Source: a candidate division FCPU426 bacterium
GTDB lineage: Bacteria; Oederibacteriota; Muellerivitia; Muellerivitales; Muellerivitaceae
Length of the DNA stretch: 64,000 nt
Assembly (NCBI GenBank): GCA_963847625.1
Contig: CAWKAR010000026.1
Location: forward strand, 1 to 64,000
Direction: 5' to 3'
The notes under the pieces are model-generated. The model ran no database searches and was not told the origin of the DNA. It saw only the letters and a program-made list of their open reading frames with translations. How positions within the stretch are numbered: the stretch's first letter is position 1; the number at the start of each line of letters is the position of its first letter. The position numbers were made by a program, and so were the translations under genes. Shown piece by piece: positions 60,431 through 64,000 of this stretch.

Positions 60431-61633
60431 TTACACATCCCGGCCTTTAAGCCAAAACCAAAGGGTTCCAATCAAGCCGAAGCCGGTAGCGGTAAAAAGA
60501 TTCAATTCCGGGCTATATGCCCAAAGGAATGCCCCCCCTAGGGCGGCCAGGGACACGATGGTGTCCCTTAAAAGGTAATAGAGGCCGAACATACCCGCTT
60601 TTTGGTCCGCGGGCGCCAGTTCCAGGATTAGGGCTTTGCGGGCCGGTTCCCCGAATTCCTTCAATCCCCTCAAGACAAACACCAATGCCAGCCACCAGAA
60701 AGAGTGGCTGAAATAAAGGCAGAGGGGAAAAGCCGTGAAAAAGAAAAAGGTCATCAGGACAAAGGGCCGTTTCCCCGCCTGGTCCACCATGCGGGCCACC
60801 GGCAGGTAAACCAGGAAGGCGGTCCCCATTTCAATGGCCGTCAGGATTCCGAAATCAAAGGCCGTAACCGGATGGGCTATCACCTTCATGCACCAAAGGA
60901 TGACGAAGGGATAGGGGATCTGCTCGCAAAACCGGATGAGAATGTCCGAAACTAAAAGGCTCCTTAATTCCGGTAACATCCGCTTGAACAGCCGCAAGGG
61001 ACTGCCGACCGCTTTCCCCTCCCCTTTTCCCGCCTCTCCCATCAAGGTCCAAAGGAAGCCCGCGCCCACCAGGCACATGGCCAAGGCCAGGTAAAAGGCC
61101 AACCGGACACCGCCTTTCTCGCCATAGGCCCCGATAAGGTAACCGCAAAGGAGGGGCCCCACCGCCATCGGCACCCGCCTGACCAGGGAATGAAGCGCGA
61201 CACCCATCGTGTGTTTGCTGGAAGGCATGACCTTGGATACCAGGCTCATGGCGGGAGGCAGGGAAACCGCGGACCAGGTGAGGAACAATACGGCGCCAGC
61301 CACCACAAATACCCAGTGGGGGGCGAAGATGGCCAAAAGGTAACCCAACACCGCCAGCAAGGTGTAAAAAAGGAGGGCGTTCCGGGGGCCGAACTTTTCG
61401 GAAATCCATCCCGCCGGGAAGGAAGAAAAAGCCGAAAGAAGGTTCTGGAAGAAATTCAGGGTACCGACCGCGAAGATGCCGCCGCCCAGGGCGATGAGGT
61501 AGATGGGCAAAAACCGTTCGCCCATGCGTTCCCCCAGGCCGACCAACATGGTCAGGATGAGCAACCCCACCATGCTTTTCCGGAGGCCCAGGAACTCTAC
61601 GATTTTCTCCCTTATTCCCAGCCGTTTAGCCAT
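60431..61633 (-). CDS. MFS transporter
   Basis: About 12 TM segments; GWISEKFGPR motif A-like. Confidence 0.9.
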   Translation of the reverse strand: MAKRLGIREKIVEFLGLRKSMVGLLILTMLVGLGERMGERFLPIYLIALGGGIFAVGTLNFFQNLLSAFSSFPAGWISEKFGPRNALLFYTLLAVLGYLLAIFAPHWVFVVAGAVLFLTWSAVSLPPAMSLVSKVMPSSKHTMGVALHSLVRRVPMAVGPLLCGYLIGAYGEKGGVRLAFYLALAMCLVGAGFLWTLMGEAGKGEGKAVGSPLRLFKRMLPELRSLLVSDILIRFCEQIPYPFVILWCMKVIAHPVTAFDFGILTAIEMGTAFLVYLPVARMVDQAGKRPFVLMTFFFFTAFPLCLYFSHSFWWLALVFVLRGLKEFGEPARKALILELAPADQKAGMFGLYYLLRDTIVSLAALGGAFLWAYSPELNLFTATGFGLIGTLWFWLKGRDV

Positions 61634-61683
61634 TGATGCGTACCCCTTCTAATATTTTCATTAAAACAACAACCACATCAAAA

Positions 61684-61836
61684 TTTTCGCCACAGATGCA
61701 GGAGATTCAGGGGAGATGAAATACAAAGATAACCCTAAATCTTAATGCTCATGGCCTTCGGTCAGGGCTGTTCAGCCCTCAGGCATGTCTAAAAGCCTTT
61801 AAGCCATCCCTTACATCCCATTTATCCGTGGCAAAA
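61684..61836. repeat. REP-like palindromic element with ~10-bp periodic arms
   Basis: GCCACAGATGCAGGAGATTCAGGGGAGATG ... ATCCCTTACATCCCATTTATCCGTGGC; related arms at 44000-44030 and 44347-44373. Confidence 0.65.
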
Positions 61837-61860
61837 ACATGTTTTGTCTTTATCCCGTTA

Positions 61861-63999
61861 CTAAGAAATTTGTGCCAAGTTCAGTACAGTCTGGTACCGG
61901 CTTTCCAGCCTCGTCCTTAAGAACCGGTTCGCTTCCATAACCAAGCCCGGGTCCTTGGCCACCAGGGCCTGGGCATCCTTTCTCGCTTCCTCCACCACAT
62001 CCACATCCCTCTTCAAATCCACAATCCCGCCTTCCCTTCTCCCCGACTGGGCCACTCCGAAAATCTCGCCTGGGCCCCTCATTTTCAAATCGAACTCCGA
62101 AAGTTTGAACCCATCCAGGGTGGACACCATGATTTTAGTGCGCTCCACGGCTTCGGATGAAATCAGCGGCGACGTCACCAGGAAGCAATAGGATTGGGCC
62201 TCTCCCCGCCCCACCCTCCCCCGCAATTGGTGCAACTGGGCCAGGCCGAACCTTTCGGAATGCTCCACCACCATGACGGTGGCGTTGGAAATATCCACCC
62301 CCACTTCCACGACCGTCGTGGAAACCAGGAGCTGGTACTCTTTCTTCAAGAACGCCGCCATGACCCGGTCTTTTTCCTCTTTTTTCATTTTCCCATGCAA
62401 AAGCCCCATGCGGAACCCGTGGAAGATTTCCTTTTCGAAATACTTATGCATCAGGATGGCGGATTTCAGGAATATCTTGGATTCCTCCACGACCGGGAAT
62501 ACCCAGAAGGCCTGCTCGCCCTTCAAGAGCCTCGCCCTGACGAAATCGTAAACCTCTTCCTTGCGGCTCTCGCTTTTCCAGAAGGTCTGGATGGCCTTTC
62601 GCCCCTTCGGGAACTCGTCCAACACCGACAGGTCCGTATCGCCGTACTCGGTCAGCACCAGCGCCCGGGGAAAGGGGGTGGCGGTCATCATAAGGCAATC
62701 GGGCCACTTCCCTTTTTCCTCTAGTGCGGCCCTTTGGAGAACCCCGAACTTATGCCGCTCATCGATGACCAGGAACCCCAGGTTCTGGAACTGGATGTCC
62801 TCCTCCAAAAGCGCGTGGGTCCCCACCGCCAGGTTGATTTCACCCGACTTCAAAGCCGCCAGCGCCTCCCTTTTGGCCTTGGCCCTCATACCCCCGGTAA
62901 AAAGCAGGGTCTTCATCCCCAGGGGCTCCAAAAGCCGCGTCAGGGTCTGGTAGTGCTGTTGGGCGAGTATTTCAGTGGGGGCCATGAAGGCGCTCTGGAC
63001 GCCCGAGTCGGCGGCGTAGAGGAACGAGATGGCCGCCACCAAGGTCTTGCCGCTTCCCACATCCCCCTGCAAGAGCCGGTTCATGGGGTAGGGCTTGGCC
63101 AGGTCCCCCCGGATTTCCTTCAGCACCTTTTTCTGGGCGCCGGTCAATTGGTAGGGGATGGACTTGCGGAATTGGAGGATCTTGCCGCCCTCGAACTGGT
63201 ACTGCCTCCCCTTTTCCCGCCGCTCGATTTCCCGCCGTTTGAGCAGGAAGAACGACTGGAGAAGCAGGAGCTCGTCGTAAGCCAGCCTTTTGCGGGATTC
63301 CTCGAATTGCTCCAGGGTTTCGGGCCGGTGGATGCCGAGGATGGCGTCAGCCAGGGATAATTTATTGCCGGGGGTTTTGTCCCCCGTTTCCCGCAGGAGG
63401 GTCTCATACTTCCCCAAGACGGCATTGATCGTGCTCCGCCAAAAGGCCTGGTTCAAGGTCGGGGTGGAGGGGTACATGACGACCACCTTCCCCTCCCGCA
63501 GGGCCTTTTCCTCCTCCGGCAGGAGAAACTCGAACGTCTCCCCCTTTCCCACCACCTGCTTTCCCCATTTCGAGGATTGGGGAGATTCATGCAGGACGAC
63601 CCACCTTCCGTTCACCATTTCCTTCTTGAGGAAGGGGCGGTTGTACCAAATCCAGGACAGGTGGCCGCTCCCGTCCTCCAAAGTCACCTTCATGGTCTCC
63701 CTTTTCCACTGCCCCGCGTGGGCGACGCCGTTGATCCGGGCCAGGATGAAGGCGGGTTCCTCGAGGTTGGCGCATTGGGCGATCGGCTTGAAATGGTTCG
63801 CGTGCAAGGCCCACTTGGGCCCGTAATAAAGCAGGTCCTCCACGGTCTTGAGACGGGTCAATTGGAAAGCCCGGGTCTTATCCCTGGAAATGAAGGGATA
63901 GACCGTGTCGGTGAGGCTGAGTTTTTGGGTGGAAACAACCGGGCGTGCCTGTGGCGGTTTATCCGTCCAGGCATTGATCTGGTCGCAGGCGGCGAGAAC
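61861..63999 (-). CDS. recG: ATP-dependent DNA helicase RecG (5' end beyond the window)
   Basis: QGDVGSGKT, DERH, MTATP, HQLRGRVGRG, DLKMRGPGE; frame open to the window edge. Confidence 0.96.
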   Translation of the reverse strand, partial: VLAACDQINAWTDKPPQARPVVSTQKLSLTDTVYPFISRDKTRAFQLTRLKTVEDLLYYGPKWALHANHFKPIAQCANLEEPAFILARINGVAHAGQWKRETMKVTLEDGSGHLSWIWYNRPFLKKEMVNGRWVVLHESPQSSKWGKQVVGKGETFEFLLPEEEKALREGKVVVMYPSTPTLNQAFWRSTINAVLGKYETLLRETGDKTPGNKLSLADAILGIHRPETLEQFEESRKRLAYDELLLLQSFFLLKRREIERREKGRQYQFEGGKILQFRKSIPYQLTGAQKKVLKEIRGDLAKPYPMNRLLQGDVGSGKTLVAAISFLYAADSGVQSAFMAPTEILAQQHYQTLTRLLEPLGMKTLLFTGGMRAKAKREALAALKSGEINLAVGTHALLEEDIQFQNLGFLVIDERHKFGVLQRAALEEKGKWPDCLMMTATPFPRALVLTEYGDTDLSVLDEFPKGRKAIQTFWKSESRKEEVYDFVRARLLKGEQAFWVFPVVEESKIFLKSAILMHKYFEKEIFHGFRMGLLHGKMKKEEKDRVMAAFLKKEYQLLVSTTVVEVGVDISNATVMVVEHSERFGLAQLHQLRGRVGRGEAQSYCFLVTSPLISSEAVERTKIMVSTLDGFKLSEFDLKMRGPGEIFGVAQSGRREGGIVDLKRDVDVVEEARKDAQALVAKDPGLVMEANRFLRTRLESRYQTVLNLAQIS

Positions 64000-64000
64000 C

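Overview
64 kb chromosomal window from a diderm bacterium of moderate GC. The abundant Thr/Pro-linker secreted proteins and PorV/PorQ-type barrels resemble uncultured phyla such as FCPU426, Firestonebacteria or Goldbacteria; this taxonomy is inference only. Most genes are on the minus strand. Housekeeping blocks: purA and tRNA-Lys; rplU-rpmA-obgE-proB-[J-domain protein, Hsp70 paralog]-nadD-comFB-like-rsfS; tRNA-Gly; ppiD; rsmD-coaD; yceD-rpmF-plsX-fabHDG-acpP-fabF-rnc-maf; a cold-shock gene; recG. Accessory content: (1) a T9SS-like surface-display toolkit, with four secreted glycan-binding proteins on Thr/Pro stalks (the three complete ones end in FlgD/CTD-like domains), four PorV/PorQ-like barrels (two directly behind a cargo gene, one fused to FlgD and OmpA), a PorT-like OMP and TPR proteins; (2) two identical 190-bp MITEs in inverted orientation whose 8-bp target duplications are cross-swapped, indicating that the 163-bp segment between them has been inverted; (3) a non-coding region with two G-quadruplex motifs and a palindromic operator-like array upstream of the largest surface protein gene; (4) an IS3-family element beside a low-GC defence-like cassette that follows a stub of a type IIG restriction-modification gene; (5) a candidate attenuator upstream of purA; (6) two single-base lesions, a frameshift in maf and a nonsense codon in a lipoprotein signal peptide. 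All family assignments come from motif recognition by eye; no searches were run.
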